Part shown: piece after piece, positions 27,891-44,481 of the stretch
Layout: the number at the start of each line of letters is the position of its first letter
How positions within the stretch are numbered: the first letter of the stretch is position 1
Assembly (NCBI GenBank): GCA_964016885.1
Contig: OZ024741.1
Span: 57,040,001 to 57,104,000, forward strand
Direction of reading: 5' to 3'
Length of the DNA: 64,000 bases
DNA from: Eledone cirrhosa
Taxonomy: Eukaryota
The notes under the pieces: generated by a model
The model's input: the letters and a program-made list of their open reading frames with translations, nothing else
Told to the model about the DNA's origin: nothing
The model's database searches: none
Made by a program: the position numbers and the translations under genes

Positions 27891-29462
27891 AACGCAGCAC
27901 TTCTGCCCTCTTGCCCTAGGACCAAAGCCCAATCATCCACCCCTTTCACCCCTCCCCTCTCTTCTGCGACATCAGAGCTCTTGCTATCCCCTCCCCTTCC
28001 AGTTCTTTTTCTTCTTTCTTTCTCTCTTTTTTTTCTATATTTCCCTATTCTTTCTTTCTTTTTGTTTCTCCTTTTTATTATTTCTATATTGAAAATAAAC
28101 ATTGTATATAGATAAATGAAAAAAAAAAATTCAACAGTTGATGAGTCAGTGTCGTTAATATATTTAGCTGTTCTGATAATTTTTCTTCTTTTGGCAGAAG
28201 GCCAGCAAATATACAGTGTATTACTGGTACTTTATTTTATCGACCCCATAAGGATGAAAGGCAAAGTTAACCTTGGAGGGATTCGAACTCAGAACGTAAA
28301 GGGCCATAATTCCAAGCTGCAAAGCAAGGTGTCTGACGCTCTACCGATATTGCCAATCCAATGGCTAATTGGAAGTGTCCTTTGTCTAGCTAGGTTTTCT
28401 TAATAACAGCAGTTCCTCTTGAACTTGTTTTCGCCCAGTGTTGGTGTATTTTAAAGGAATTTTTTCAAACAACTAGTTAAAAAACATAAGGCGTCGAAGT
28501 GGATGAGTCGTCAGAATGTCAGATAAAAGGTTTGTGGTATTCGTTCCGGCTCTCTGAGTTCAACTTAACCTTTCGTTCTTTCGAGGTCAATAAATAAAGT
28601 ACTCTCAGGTCTTGAATAATCGTCCCTCCTCGCCCGTTTTCATATTTTTCCAACCCCCCAAACCCCACTCCACTTATTAAATGTTACTAATCTATCTCCT
28701 GAATTTTATTGATGCAGCAGCTGGAGATTCTAATAATTGTTTCTACTTTTGGCACAAGGCCAGCAATTACTGGTGCTTTATTTTATCGACCCCGTAAGGA
28801 TGAAAGGCAATGTTAACCTCGGCGAGATTTGAACTTAGACCGTCTCCATTTATTCCAACCTCCCACTTACAAGAATTTAAGCAAATGTCCAAACCCCCCA
28901 CTATTATTTGGGACCCGAGAGTACCTGTCATGTATTGGGTCGACACTTTCTGTAACTCTCTCTCCCTATCTCTCTCTCTCTTTTTCTCTGGAAAAAGGTC
29001 GGTTGTGTTCGGACCTAGAGAGGCATGACTCCGCCAGGTTTTAAAGTGTTTAAAATGTATATGTTAACATGAGAAATTCAGGGCCAATTCATTTATAAAT
29101 TGAATTCCTTTTTAATCTTTATTTACTCAGCAAAGCGTGTTGGTATATTTATAATATCGTTTTTAAACATTAAAATACTAGTTAGAGGCAGCAAGCTGCT
29201 AATATACTGATAACAATGATATTAAGAAGCAAAACTTATAGCTATATGGATGAACAACAATTTTGCCAAACTGTGGGTACGGATTTACTCAAATAATAAA
29301 AGTTTGCACCAAAAAGACATTGTTATCATTTTTATCGGTATATCTTCAACATAGAGCTTCTAACTAGTTACCGAATATTTAAACTCTATCTCAATGTGTG
29401 TGTGAGTATAAAGGTGTGTGTGACTGTACCATAAACAAGGTAATATATTTAAAACAGTGGAA

Positions 29463-29548
<86 letters not shown>

Positions 29549-30483
29549 GAAGAAAAACACTGAAAATACTTAAATTCTGGTTTAAGCTTTTTTTTTACGT
29601 ACCCAAAAGTGTGACTTTTTCTGTGACATTTCCCCGTGTATACATAAGCACGTGCAGCTACCAACTACAATGCATTTAGAATAATCCTGTAGTACATTGG
29701 CCATAAATGGAACAAACAAGTAGTTTTAGTCTTTATCTTAATATCTCCCTCATTTTTAGGGGGAGGGGATATGATTGTTTTGGGAAAGCAGATACAATGC
29801 AGATTAAAACTACAATAGAGTAAAGTAAGAAAAACAAAACAAAACAACAGTTTACAGTTTTATCTTACTTTTCGTGATATTTCGAGGTTAGGATCTCTTT
29901 TCAAAAGAAAAGAGACGAACTGTGATTGTGAATGCTAGCAGCTATTTTTTTTAACAATTACTGAAATAAACTTTTATTTTCAAATGCTATTGTAATTATC
30001 CCAATATCGTGTTTCCTCTTTAGGTTTGGGTTTGAATTCTAAAAACGAATGACACAATAAAGCAGATAAATACGTTTTCTCATTTAGGTACAAGGCCAGC
30101 ATTTTAGAGAGAGGGGAGGTAAGTCGGGACCTCGGAAAGATGAAAGACAAAGTTGACCTAGGAGAGATTTGAACTCAGAGCGTAGACACCCAGACCGAGC
30201 ACCACATGACATTCCATTCAACGCTATTGCATGTTTGCTAGTTTCTCACCTTTTTATTATTAGAAAAAGGACTGAAATTTTGTGTGGAAGGGAAAATCGA
30301 TTATATCGACCTCGGTACTTGATTGGTACTTTATCCCATTCCTGTATTCCAGGAAGATGAAAGGCAAAGATGATGTCCACGGGATTTGAACTCATAACGT
30401 GACGGGACACACACAAATAACGCTATGCACTGTGTTTGACGCTTTAACGATTCTGTCAGTCCACTGCCTTTATAAAACAAACA

Positions 30484-30807
30484 CGACTGTCCCCCGGTAT
30501 TCGCGGGGGTTATGCGCCTATGGCATCCGCAAAGTGGAAAACCGCGAATATTGGACGTGATCGATAAAATTGTCTATAAACGTCAAAATATAACGTAAAA
30601 TATAATTATAAACGATAGGCCGGCAAATACGGTATATTATATAATTTAGCGTTAAAAATATATATATTGCCACGAAAAAAGCCATAAAAAATTCGCGGAA
30701 GATATTTACGATTCCGCGAATATGTGGTGATTTCCACGAACAATTATTAGTTAGGTTCTAAGGATAATCCCGCGAATAACCGGGACCGCGAATGCCGGGG
30801 TACACTG
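30484..30807. mobile_element. pogo/Tigger-like MITE
   Basis: CCCCCGGTATTCGCGG ... CCGCGAATGCCGGGGTACACTG-TA. Confidence 0.7.
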
Positions 30808-33653
30808 TATCTGTGTACACATGTAGGGAAAAAGGTGTCCAGTAAATGAAAAAATGCAGAAATTGTCTTCAGATTTCATAATATAAATAACCACATGTAA
30901 CCACCAACTTTTAGTACACTTAGAACAATCCTGTAACACAGAGGCCCCTAAACTTTTTGCATGAAAGGACCACATTAACATTCCAAATTTAGATGAGGGC
31001 CGCATATTAGAATTATCCATACTATCAAAAACAGTTCACGTTTTATGATGACAGACTTGCACTTAAAATTGCTGCGTTTTCAATGAAAACTCTTTGGACA
31101 CACGTTTTTTCCCAAGAAAGTCTATTGAAGTCTGACGTGTTATCTATATATTGATGGACATAGGGAAACAGACACACGTCTTTTGTCCTTTTTTGAAGTT
31201 GCGTTGTCTATAAGTTCAACCCCCACTCACACATATATACATATGAAGTATGACGAACAGAGAGACCGAGAAACAGGTTTCCTTTCTACTACTACTATTT
31301 TGCAAAGTTGTTTGAATTTATATAAAATTTGGCGCAAATATTTGAAACGTAGCAAAAAATCCTGTCATGCCGTTGCTGGTTACGTGCAATCTGCTGGATA
31401 AGAGCATAATTCTTATTATGCGGACCTAGGGTCAAAGGTTGACGGGAGGGTCCTTGCTGTAATACATTCTATTATAAAGAGAAGCAAAAAAACTTACTCA
31501 ATTTTAAAGTTAAACATATATTTTAACAACTTCTAAAACGTACTTTCATCTTTAAAATCAATCGTAGCAATTACAAAGCTGTTTCTTTCCGCTGTAGATG
31601 TGGTTCGGGTGATTTTGCAAACGAATAACGTAATGAGGTAGATAAATATACCCACGTGTAGGGAAAAAAATTACTAAACATGCCCACATGTTTAGTAAAT
31701 TAAACAAGGGTTAGACATTGCGTTCAGATTTCAAAATGCTAAAACTTTAGTAGACTGATTTATTACTACAGATCTATAATTATGCTAAGCTTAATAAATA
31801 TGAAATATTTTCAAATATTGTAATGATTGATGGTTAAATAGAACTGACGATAACGATGAAATGCCATTCCTAGCAACTTGTAAAGATTTACCGATTGTTT
31901 TATTCTTTGACGTAATCTACGACTCAGTGAACCTTGCTTTAATATTCAGCATCGCAGATTGTCGAACGATTCTTGTATTACTGATGTATTTATTCTCAGT
32001 ACAATGTAATATTATCCAATGTGGTTCATGCGTAATCATTTCATTCTGATAAAAGAAATATGAGATGGCATTCGTTCATCCAACCCTTTCTCTCTTTCCT
32101 TTTAATGTTATGCTAATCAACTCCTTTGGTTGAGGCAGTTCACAGTAGATTTTACTTTAACTCTTCTTTTATATTGGTCTCCTTGCCATCGTCGTTGATT
32201 GAAGTCTCTCGCTACAAAGTAAAGTATCATTCTGCCTGTATCAGATGGATTTTACGCAAGATGGGTTGTTGTTGACAAGCTAATATGTTCGAGATCCGTC
32301 GGTTCCGACCAAGTGTTCTAGTTGTTCGATGAACGGAACAGCCTGCTCATGAAATTGACGTGTAAGTGGCTGAGACTTCCAAAGACACGTGTACCGTTAA
32401 CGCAGTTCGCAGAAAGATTCGGTGTAACGCAGTATGTGACGAGGCTGGTACTTTGAACTACAGATTACAACTATTTTTTTTTTCTCTGAGTAGACAGGAG
32501 CTACGTGAAATATAATGTCTTGCTCAATGATACAACGCGCTACCGGGAATCGAATCACACAGACACACACATCACACTGCGCACGCACATGCACTCATAC
32601 GAAAATACATTTACACATACACACAGTCCGTAGCAGAATCAGGGATCGTTTCCAACGGGGAGATAGACAGAAGCAATTAGTGTCTCGAGCTAGAAGTCGA
32701 AAACTGGAACAGATTCTGGCGGGGCCCATCTTGCTCCACGTCGGAAGACAACCAATTTCTCCCAGAAAAAAAAAATCAACCACAGTACTCCACTGGTACT
32801 TTATTTGTCAACACAGGCAAAGTTGACCTCGGAGGAATTAGAATTGGAGCACGGTGAGCCAGAACAAATACTGAAATATTTTTAATCCGATGCTTTAACG
32901 ACTCTGTCAAATCCCCGCCTTCCAGTCATTATTATAATGTTCTGTTAATGAAGTCTAAAAGAGAAGGAAGTAGATAAAAATAAGAGAAACTAACGAGTAG
33001 AATTCAAATATCAACGCCAAATTTCTTTAAATGAAGATGGGAATTAGTTTTTAATAATATATAAATGTAACTTATATATCTTTCCCAATGGTCCCTTAAT
33101 TGATTGTCTAATAAAAGCAGGTGATATATAAGTAATGTATGTGTGTGTTTGCCTATATGTCTTTCTGTATGTGTATGTGTGTCTGCGTGTAGGGATATAT
33201 ATACATGTGTCTCTGTGTGTATAAAAGATATGTCTGTGCATACGTGTACATATCAACGTGGGCAGTTGTGTGAATATAGAAACGTAATAGTGTGTGTATA
33301 TGTGTATATGTGTATATGTGTGGGTATGTGTGTGTTTGTGTGCGTGTACAGATATGTGTGTGTGTGTAGAGAGAGAGAGATATATATGTATGTCTGTGCG
33401 TGTGCAGCTTCGTGTGTGTATATGAAATATGTGAGTGCGTATATGAGTCAACAAAGATTTGTGAGTGTGCGCGTGTGTTTATGTATGTGGGTGGGTAGAA
33501 GGGGTGTGTATGAAGGACCACATTTAAAAAATTGAATTAAACTGTCTCTATTATTGATGAATACCAGAGGGGGGGGGGTAAGATTGAGATGTAGAAGAGT
33601 GTGAGGGCAGCTAGATACATAGACGTATCGTAAATGATGGTGGTGGTGGTGAC

Positions 33654-33693
<40 letters not shown>

Positions 33694-34407
33694 TGATGGT
33701 GGTGGCGATGATGATGATGATGATGGTGATGATGATGTGATGGTGGTGATGATGATGATATAGATGGGGTAGTAGTGGTGGTGGTGTTAGTGTTCGATCT
33801 ACTGCAACAGCTACTACTGCTGCTCAGCTCATGATGACGACGATAATGGTAATCATGATGATAATTGTTTCTACTTTTTGGCACAAGGCCAGCAAAAGGT
33901 AAACATGTATTTTTGATGGAGTTTAAACCAGATTTTAAGTTTTTTCAGTGGGGATTTTTTCTCACATCTTTATAGATTGTATCATTGTTTTAAATAAGTG
34001 ACCCTTTTTAATGGCGTGAATGCGGCGAATTGGCAGTCGTTAAAACATTGGATTACCTACCAACCTACCAAGTAACAACCTATCAATCAACTTACCTACT
34101 TACTCACCTACCTACCAACATACCTACTCCCCACCTACCTATTCTACCTACCTACCTCCATATATCTTTACCTACCTAACCTAACGTAATCTACCAATCT
34201 ACCAACCTACCTACCAATTTATCTAACCAACTTGCCTACCCATCTATCTCCCCGCTCGCTACCTTCCCTTGTCTTCCTACCTCCTTATCTACCTACATAC
34301 CGATCAACCCACCTCCCTACCTACCTACCTACATACATACATACCTACATACATACATACATACATACATACATACATACATACATACATACATACATAC
34401 ATACATA

Positions 34408-34654
34408 CCCATCATTATTGGAGCTACGGTTATATACCAACCCGCTTGGACCAAAGTATGACTGAACTTGGATTTACGGACAAAGAACGCAGCTCCCTAA
34501 TTCATAGTCTACAAATGGCTGCGATAGCTGGCACCTTCAATATTTGCAAAACATTCTTGCGATTCAAGGGATGACAATTTCTTTTCTTTTACAACCTTGC
34601 CACCAGGAAGGTGTCCGGTCAAAAAATATATTCGAAATTAAGAGAAAGAGATAA
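34408..34654 (+). mobile_element. R4/Dong-like non-LTR 3' end embedded in (CATA)n
   Basis: PIIIGA.GYIP..L...MTELG....LQMAAIAGTFNICKTFL*, the C-terminal signature of R4/Dong RLE proteins. Confidence 0.6.
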
Positions 34655-35243
34655 CATACATACATACATACATACATACATACATACATACATACATACA
34701 TGGTGGCTGCCAACTCGTTTTCGAGTACGGCCACTACTTTATATCCTACTGATGCGCTGAACGAGTGTGACTTTTTAGTCCAGCCAGCGACTTGAAAACT
34801 CTGGTACAAACACTACACTTGTGACAATTATTGACACATAGTGCTGGGCCCTTGGTACCATGTGACGACAAGTGCAGAGAGATCTCCAGATATAAAGCAA
34901 TGCCTGTGCCGTGAAGCTTTTATAGTGAGCAAAGGCACTGCACAAAGCCAGTCCCACTCTCTTAACCAAGATGATATTTGCCAAAAAGAAGAACAAGTCA
35001 ACATCATGGTTGCAGGTGTTATATCAGAGTTTTCCTTCTCCTAGAATTCTGCCTTGACAAAGGCTAAGGGGTCATCTCTCCCGGTGATTTTGGATGGCCA
35101 TTGACTCTTAAGAGCTCCTTTGCCCATACATACATACATACATACATACATACATACATACATACATACATGCATACATGCATACATACATACATACATA
35201 CATACATACATACATACATACATACATACATACATACATACAT

Positions 35244-35660
35244 ACATGATGGCTGACCCTCGTTATCAAGTATGGCCATTGCATGATATAACATTATTAA
35301 TAATTATCAATTAAGCTATCGTGCAATACCTGTGTGTAGTGAGGAAAGACTGTGCACTGAGCCAATCCCACTCTCTGGGGGAGAATAGCTATAACCCGAA
35401 AAGAAGAAAAGATCAACATCATCGGTAACTACTGAGCCGCAGGTTTTACATCGGAGTTATCCCAGTTTCCTGAGTTGCCTTCTCCTAGAAGAATGCCCTG
35501 ACAAAGGCTCGGTGTCCTTCACTCCAAGTGGTTTAACCGCGTGGTACAGGTGTATATACATATTTACACACTTTTGGATGGTCATTGGTTTTGTGGTGGT
35601 CTTTTATGTCCTTTAACTAACTCTCCATAAAAGAGTTGTTTTCGTATTCTAGAATCCTTC

Positions 35661-35662
<2 letters not shown>
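35244..35662. mobile_element. Dispersed repeat bounded by (CATA)n; relatives at 34699-35125 and, split by the hAT, 12520-12615 + 15393-15613 (opposite orientation)
   Basis: Shared CATGATGGCTG...CTCGTTATC, GCACTGAGCCAATCCCACTCTC, GAGTTGCCTTCTCCTAGAAGAATGCCCTGACAAAGGCT. Confidence 0.75.
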
Positions 35663-35691
<29 letters not shown>

Positions 35692-35822
35692 CATACATAC
35701 ATACATACTAATATAATTTCATTTATTTCACTACATTGTCAGCCATACATACGGTTACCTGAAACGTTAAAAACGTGGGACTGAACAAGGATTTATCCAA
35801 AAATGAAACCGACATTTTAAAC

Positions 35823-35987
35823 CGGGCATGGGCAAACTTTTTCGAGCAGTGGGCCGCATAAGATGTCGCTCATGATAAAACGTGCCGCACTACTAAAAGA
35901 TTTCAAGGCAGTTTTGAAATTAGACGTGCCATTCAGAAAGCCAAACAGGCCACATGCGGCTTGCGGACCGCAGTTTACCCATGACTG
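35823..35987. mobile_element. hAT-type MITE with 8-bp TSD TTTTAAAC
   Basis: TIRs CGGGCATGGGCAAACT / AGTTTACCCATGACTG; TSD at 35815-35822 and 35988-35995. Confidence 0.85.
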
Positions 35988-36269
35988 TTTTAAACATTAG
36001 TGTAGAACTAACAAGATATGATAGATATCTGTGGAGAAAATAAAATATTATTTAAGAAATGTACATACCAAATTATTTAGGATTGCCACATACAGACGAG
36101 TGAAAGCCTACTCCATAGGTTAGGTTAGTGCCCCTCCCCTATCCATGGTTCATACTGGATCTTGATGCAGATAGATTGTATGTGTGACAAAGCTGGTCCT
36201 TTGAATTTCATATACTACCCGTTTTTGTCAGCTGAGCGGATTGGAGCAACATGAAAATAAATGCCTTCG

Positions 36270-37085
36270 AGTCTGAAACCGATGCTTGAGGACAGTCACC
36301 AAATAACAATGGTTGAACCTATCGAAACCCTTCGATTGATCCAAATTAACCAGAGCTCCGCCGAATCCACCCTGCTGGGAATCGAATTCATGACCTTAGG
36401 CCGTCAACTGAACACTCTAAGTGCTAAGCCACGCACATGGTATGTTTGAAGGTCACGCAAGAGATAGAAGAGAAATCACTTTAATTTAGTCAGGCGAAAA
36501 TTGGGACAAAGTACAATGGTCAGACAGCAAATTATGACAGATGTGACCTGTCAGGGAAGCTTCCTGTTAGCCCATTTCTGGGTGGGCAAGGCTACCTTAC
36601 ATGTAACCTCGTTCCAGTTCCTGTCCACCTGGAGATTCGGACCGAGCTAGAACTCAAGCATTTTGACCTATCTGTAGGTACAACGTTCCATGACTATCCG
36701 ATGGCGTGAACTTGCTTCTCAAGGTGCCGAGCCACATGATCACCGATTGTTCGGAGTCACTTTATATCTTGTCACAGCCTTGTACTCTTTTAGAACGATG
36801 TCGAACACCTCTACTTCCATAGGGCACCATGCATAGGCTGAAACAGCTCTTCCTAGTTCGAAAAACATGCCTCCCAATAGTTCTAGATCCTACAGTAATG
36901 GCGCGAGAACCATCACATACAGAAGAAGGGAGAGAAAATACTCTTTATTGATAAAGTACGTGATACAAAACAGTTCCGAACAGATATTGCTCTGCGTTAA
37001 TGAGAGCAATCTCTGAAAACGGGGCTGAAACTGGTGCCTAAGGACAGCCATCAATTGATCCAAATTGATCAGAGCACCACCGCAT
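36270..37085 (-). mobile_element. L1/Tx1-type LINE RT fragments
   Basis: GALINLDQ, LSLLLYVMVLAPL, and an LDQSKGFDR-like piece similar to 1770-1850. Confidence 0.6.
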
Positions 37086-37614
37086 CCATGATTATGGTGA
37101 TGATGATGATGGCGATGATGAGTATGATAATGATGCTGATGCTGATGATGATGACGGTGATGACGTTGATGATGTTGATGAAAATGATACAGATAGTGAG
37201 GATATTGATGATAATTGTGGTGGTGGTGGTGGTGGTGGTGGTGGATGACGATCTGGATGATGATGATGATGATGACGATGAATATCAAAAACATATCAAA
37301 TTACATTTTTCTGTATACATAGTAAAGAAGAAGAGGTGGGAAAGAAAGACGTCTGTTCAATTCCAAAAACAGCTGTAACGACAAATGATAAATGAGAATG
37401 ATTAAGGCAAGAATAAAGATAAAACCATTTGAAAGACGATAATGGTAAGTACTGATTTATCTACAGACAAATGAATGGAACATAAGAAGAAACTAACGAT
37501 CACAGATGTCAAAGGGTCAAACGACGTATATACAACAGACCCACTCACATATATATATTTGAGTGGGTTTGTGCGTACGTGTATATATATATATATGACT
37601 GTGTTTGTGTGCGC

Positions 37615-37651
<37 letters not shown>

Positions 37652-37896
37652 TCGTTCTTTGTACCTTTTACCCTTTCTAGCAGTCTCTCTCTCTGTTAGC
37701 CTCCTCCTCAACTTTCACTCACTCATTCTCTGTCACTACCTCTCCTCCTCCTCTTTCCTCCTCCTCCTTCAAGTTTGACCTGTGTGAAATTCTTTTCTCG
37801 CGCGTCCTGGTCAAGCTGGTATGGAATTTTTTTTCTCTCTCACTTTCGTCTGCGACTTCACAAAACTTATGTTTACCGAATTCGTAGACCAGACCC

Positions 37897-37996
37897 CTTC
37901 TTCTTCTTCTTCTTCTTCTTCTTCTTCTTCTTCTTCTTCTTCTTCTTCTTCTTCTTCTTCTTCTTCTTCTTCTTCTTCTTCTTCTTCTTCTTCTTC
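37897..37996. repeat. (TTC)n microsatellite; (GAA)n also at ~42165-42230
   Basis: Direct reading. Confidence 0.97.
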
Positions 37997-38340
37997 CCCC
38001 CCGTTAGACTTGTGCGAAATTCCTTCCTTTCTCACATTTCAACCAGGTTTGATGGTCTTTTGTCTCCTGTTCACGATTTCACCGAGTTTATATTCATAGA
38101 GATCTGGGACTTGTCTATTTCTTCTCACTTTCCGTTGCTTAAACCATTTTGTTTGTTACCCTAACGTCCCCTTTATTTACGTGTCCCAACGACTTTTTTT
38201 AGCCGTTGTTCGCACCAACCTGAAGCATATGGCCCTTAAAGCGATGAAATGCCTGGGACGGTTGGAGGGTCACTGATGAAGGACTCACTTTTTCATATGC
38301 ACCACCATTTGCAACGGGCAGCCATCATTATTATCATATT

Positions 38341-38386
<46 letters not shown>

Positions 38387-38412
38387 TATATAATATTTAA
38401 AAAAAAAAAATG

Positions 38413-38490
<78 letters not shown>

Positions 38491-38506
38491 TATAATATAT
38501 ACACAT

Positions 38507-40889
<2,383 letters not shown>

Positions 40890-41174
40890 TATAATATATA
40901 CACATATAATATATATATATATATATATTTATATGTGCAAGTGCATATACACACACACACACACATACCTAAACATCTGTAAGTAAACCTTTGCCTGTGC
41001 ACACACATGCCACAAGGTACAAAGAAACCTCTACTAAAAACCGTTTCTTTCTTTCTATTTTTTAGTAAGAATTTATCTATCAAATACTCTATAAACCTCT
41101 TTATTGACAAATGTAAATCCCCCCTCTCCGCCCAAGGACCCCTTTCAATCATGTTTATATCTATATTTGTATTT

Positions 41175-41375
41175 CTGTCGCTCTCCGAGAGGTTTGCTGT
41201 CGTGCCCTTGGCAGTGGAGATTTGTGGTGTCCTTGGCACTAGGGCTACCTCCCTACTTCCCACCGTAGGCGCTTAGCTGACCAGCCACAGGTGTAAGCCT
41301 CGCGAGATGAAATGGCTCTTCCAGCGTATCCCCCTTACCATCGTCCGGGGAAACACCTTCGCCATTCTGTCCGCC
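41175..41375 (+). mobile_element. CRE RLE fragment
   Basis: FAVVPLAVEICGVLG, QR...IVRGN. Confidence 0.75.
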
Positions 41376-43264
41376 GGGAGTGTGGGGCGGCCAACACGTT
41401 GGATCCCATTTGCTCATAAAACAGAGAGATGGGGAGGCCGAGAGTGTTGGAGGCGCTGATAATGGGAGTTCGTCTCTTCTGCAGCTAGAAATCTGTAGCG
41501 TAATATTATATATGTGTTACTGTAGTTTGTGAATATTTAGCTGCAATGGTAGTCATTGGGTTTTTTCTATTTACTTCATTCTGTTATTCTTGCTTTTATC
41601 TGCAAACCCTAAATATAAACTTGAGCTCTTTACGTAATGGAGCCACACACACAAACACTCCCACACACACACACGCGCGCATACATACCCACGCACACAC
41701 ACACATACACATACATATACACCCACACACATACACAGTCTAGAGAACAACAAAATGCCATCTGGAATTATATTCTGAATAGAATAGAAATTTCTATTTA
41801 AATAAAGAGAATTTTCGTTTAATTTAAGTCATTTTTATTGGTCTAATGAATAAATGAATTAATCTAACCATTCTATTGAAATTAAAATAATGGTATTTTT
41901 GTTGGCAGCTACCGCCTGGTTTTGTTGTCAAACCATCCCTCACAAGGGGGAGCTTTGAAATGCACTTGTTTAAGTCCCATAAAACCAATCAAATGTGAAG
42001 AAAAATAACCCCCTACTGGGAAAGCATCTATAGATAGCTAAAATACTGACCGTTCTTTGAACTATCGACATCATACTCCAATATTGCAATTTTGTTCGCC
42101 CAAACACCTCTCTGACCTAGGAATAAGTGGGCGACAGCGGCGGTGGTGGAGAAGGAGGAGGAAAAGAAGAAGAAGAAGAAGAAGAAGAAGAAGAAGAAGA
42201 AGAAGAAGAAGAAGAAGAAGAAGAAGAAGACAATAACAAAAAGCAAGTTATATTTGTGGGATATAGATAGGTGGCCACAAAATTATAGAAGTAATAGTTT
42301 TATTTTATTGTGTTATTCTATCTTTTCATTTCTTGTGAGGTTTGGGGCCAAAAGTTCAATCAACACCGGGGTCGATATCTGGCAATTTGGGGATCTGTGG
42401 TTTATATTGTGAATCGGATAGCATTTTTTAGTGTAATACAAAATGTTCGTGTTTATGGGAGCTTCAATGTCTTGTATACTGTATATGAGCAATTCTATAA
42501 TACTGGATATTATTAGACCATGCAGAGAAACAACATCTGCTGTTTAGAGCTGAAAGTAGCCTTAAAATAAGAAACCCAGCATTTATTTTAGTTTGCAGTA
42601 TTAGTTCCTTGGCGAAAGTCTTATGATAAATATTTTATTCCATGAAGACATTTCCACAAAAGAAGGCAATACATCATTAACTCAGCAGGCTGATTACTTG
42701 TCAAATCTCGCTACAGCAATAACTTTGGGGATTATTGATTTAGCTGAATTATTAATTTCAACTACAATAAAGTTGCTATAACTATTTATTTTTTCTCTAT
42801 TTATTTTTGTACAGATCATTCGAAAAATTATATTATTAAACAAGGATTTATTTGAAGGAGGAAAAGAGACTGAGAAGTCTCTAATAAAGAGTTAAGAATG
42901 ATTATAGATTCAACGAAAATTACAATTACAGATTCAGCATATTTTTGTCAGAATGAAGGGTAAAATATGTTCTTTTACATTGTGACTTCAAATCCCTTCC
43001 GACGAGACTGTCTTTCATTCCTAGAAGATCGTTAAGATAAATAGCAGTCAAGTACTAAGGTTGATTGAGATGACAGTGCACGAAACCTGCTGCGAATAGT
43101 AGCAATCATTAATTCTTTATTTTTATTAGCAAAATACCCAAATGACTTCATTGACTCCTTCCTACAATAATTTCCTTTCTTAGAGTTCAAATCATCGGAT
43201 TCAATTCTTTGTGAAGGGATTTCATTGCTTTTCGCAGAACTAATTTAGGCAGTGTCAAGTGAAC

Positions 43265-43410
43265 ATATCGTGGTCGAATAGTTCGCTTCACAATCATGGG
43301 ATCCCGAATTGGATCCCACAGCATAGCATCTTCGGCAAGAGTCATTTACCATAACCTCCACTCAATCCAAACCGTGTGAGTGAAATTGGGTCAACGGAAA
43401 CTGTGTGGCA
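43265..43410 (+). mobile_element. Degenerate tRNA/CORE-type SINE ending in (CA)n
   Basis: CTTCGGCAAGAGTC...GTGAGTGAAATTGGGT..ACGGAAACTG. Confidence 0.5.
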
Positions 43411-43425
43411 CACACGCACGTGTAT

Positions 43426-43484
<59 letters not shown>

Positions 43485-43538
43485 AACCTAATATAACTGT
43501 AAAAGTTGCCTCCTGTGTTTTATTTGTTCATTTATCAA

Positions 43539-43645
<107 letters not shown>

Positions 43646-44244
43646 AAACATGGGAAGAAAGAGGAAAACTGCGTGGTTGCACATGGGTTACATATTATAA
43701 AATTAGTCCCTCATCAGTGATTTGCCAACCATCATTGGTATTTCATCGCATTAAAAATCATATACCTCAGGTTGGTGCGAGCAATAACTAAAATAAGCTA
43801 TTGGGACAAGTAAATCGCGTAAAGCGAGTGAGACAAGTAAACAACATAGAAGGAAAAGCAAACCGAAGGTAGGAAAAAAAGCAAGCAACATGATAGTTAT
43901 CCGATCAGCATAAGCTGGGTGAATTTCATGAGCGGTCAGAAAACAGACCGTCCGACGTGAATGAGATGTGAGAAAGAAAGAATCCCACTACTAACGAACG
44001 GGAGGAAGTGAGAAGGGGAGAAACAGAGAGTGAGTGAGTGGAAGTGCGAGGAAGAGGTCAGTCGAGAGAAAGTGTAACTGACAGAGGGGGCGAAAGAAGG
44101 TGAGAGAAACAGAGAGAACGGGGGAGCAGAAAGAGAGAAACTGACAATCGCAGTCGAGGTAAATATGTATAAAAAACATGGGAAGAAAGAGGAAAACTGC
44201 GTGGTTGCACAAGGGTTACATATTATAAAATTAGTCCCTCATCA

Positions 44245-44250
<6 letters not shown>
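43646..44250 (-). repeat. Unit with ~75-bp terminal direct repeats between (TA)n tracts; probable solo pLTR, related to ~38200-38290
   Basis: AAACATGGGAAGAAAGAGG...CCCTCATCAGTGAT at ~43647 and ~44173; CTGATGAG on minus. Confidence 0.6.
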
Positions 44251-44301
<51 letters not shown>

Positions 44302-44441
44302 AATGTAGAAAAGAAACACACGAGTTGATATATATAAACAAATACTAAAAAAGAAAAAAGAATACAGTAGAAAATGCTGGAGTGATGTTTTCAGTATAAT
44401 ATCAAAACATTTATTTATAAAGTGGGATTTCCGCATTTAAT

Positions 44442-44481
44442 CGTGGTACCGGTTCCGGCATTATATGCTTTTTCAGCGACG
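44442..44481 (-). ncRNA. Degenerate minimal hammerhead relic
   Basis: Minus strand: CGTCG-CTGAAAA-AGCAT ata ATGCC-GGAA-CCGG-TA-CCACG. Confidence 0.4.

Noticed and set aside
33537-33884. His/Ser/Thr/Ile-rich ORF (also 36890-37294 and poly-E/K ORFs)
   Set aside because: Trinucleotide microsatellites (GAT/GGT/GAA).
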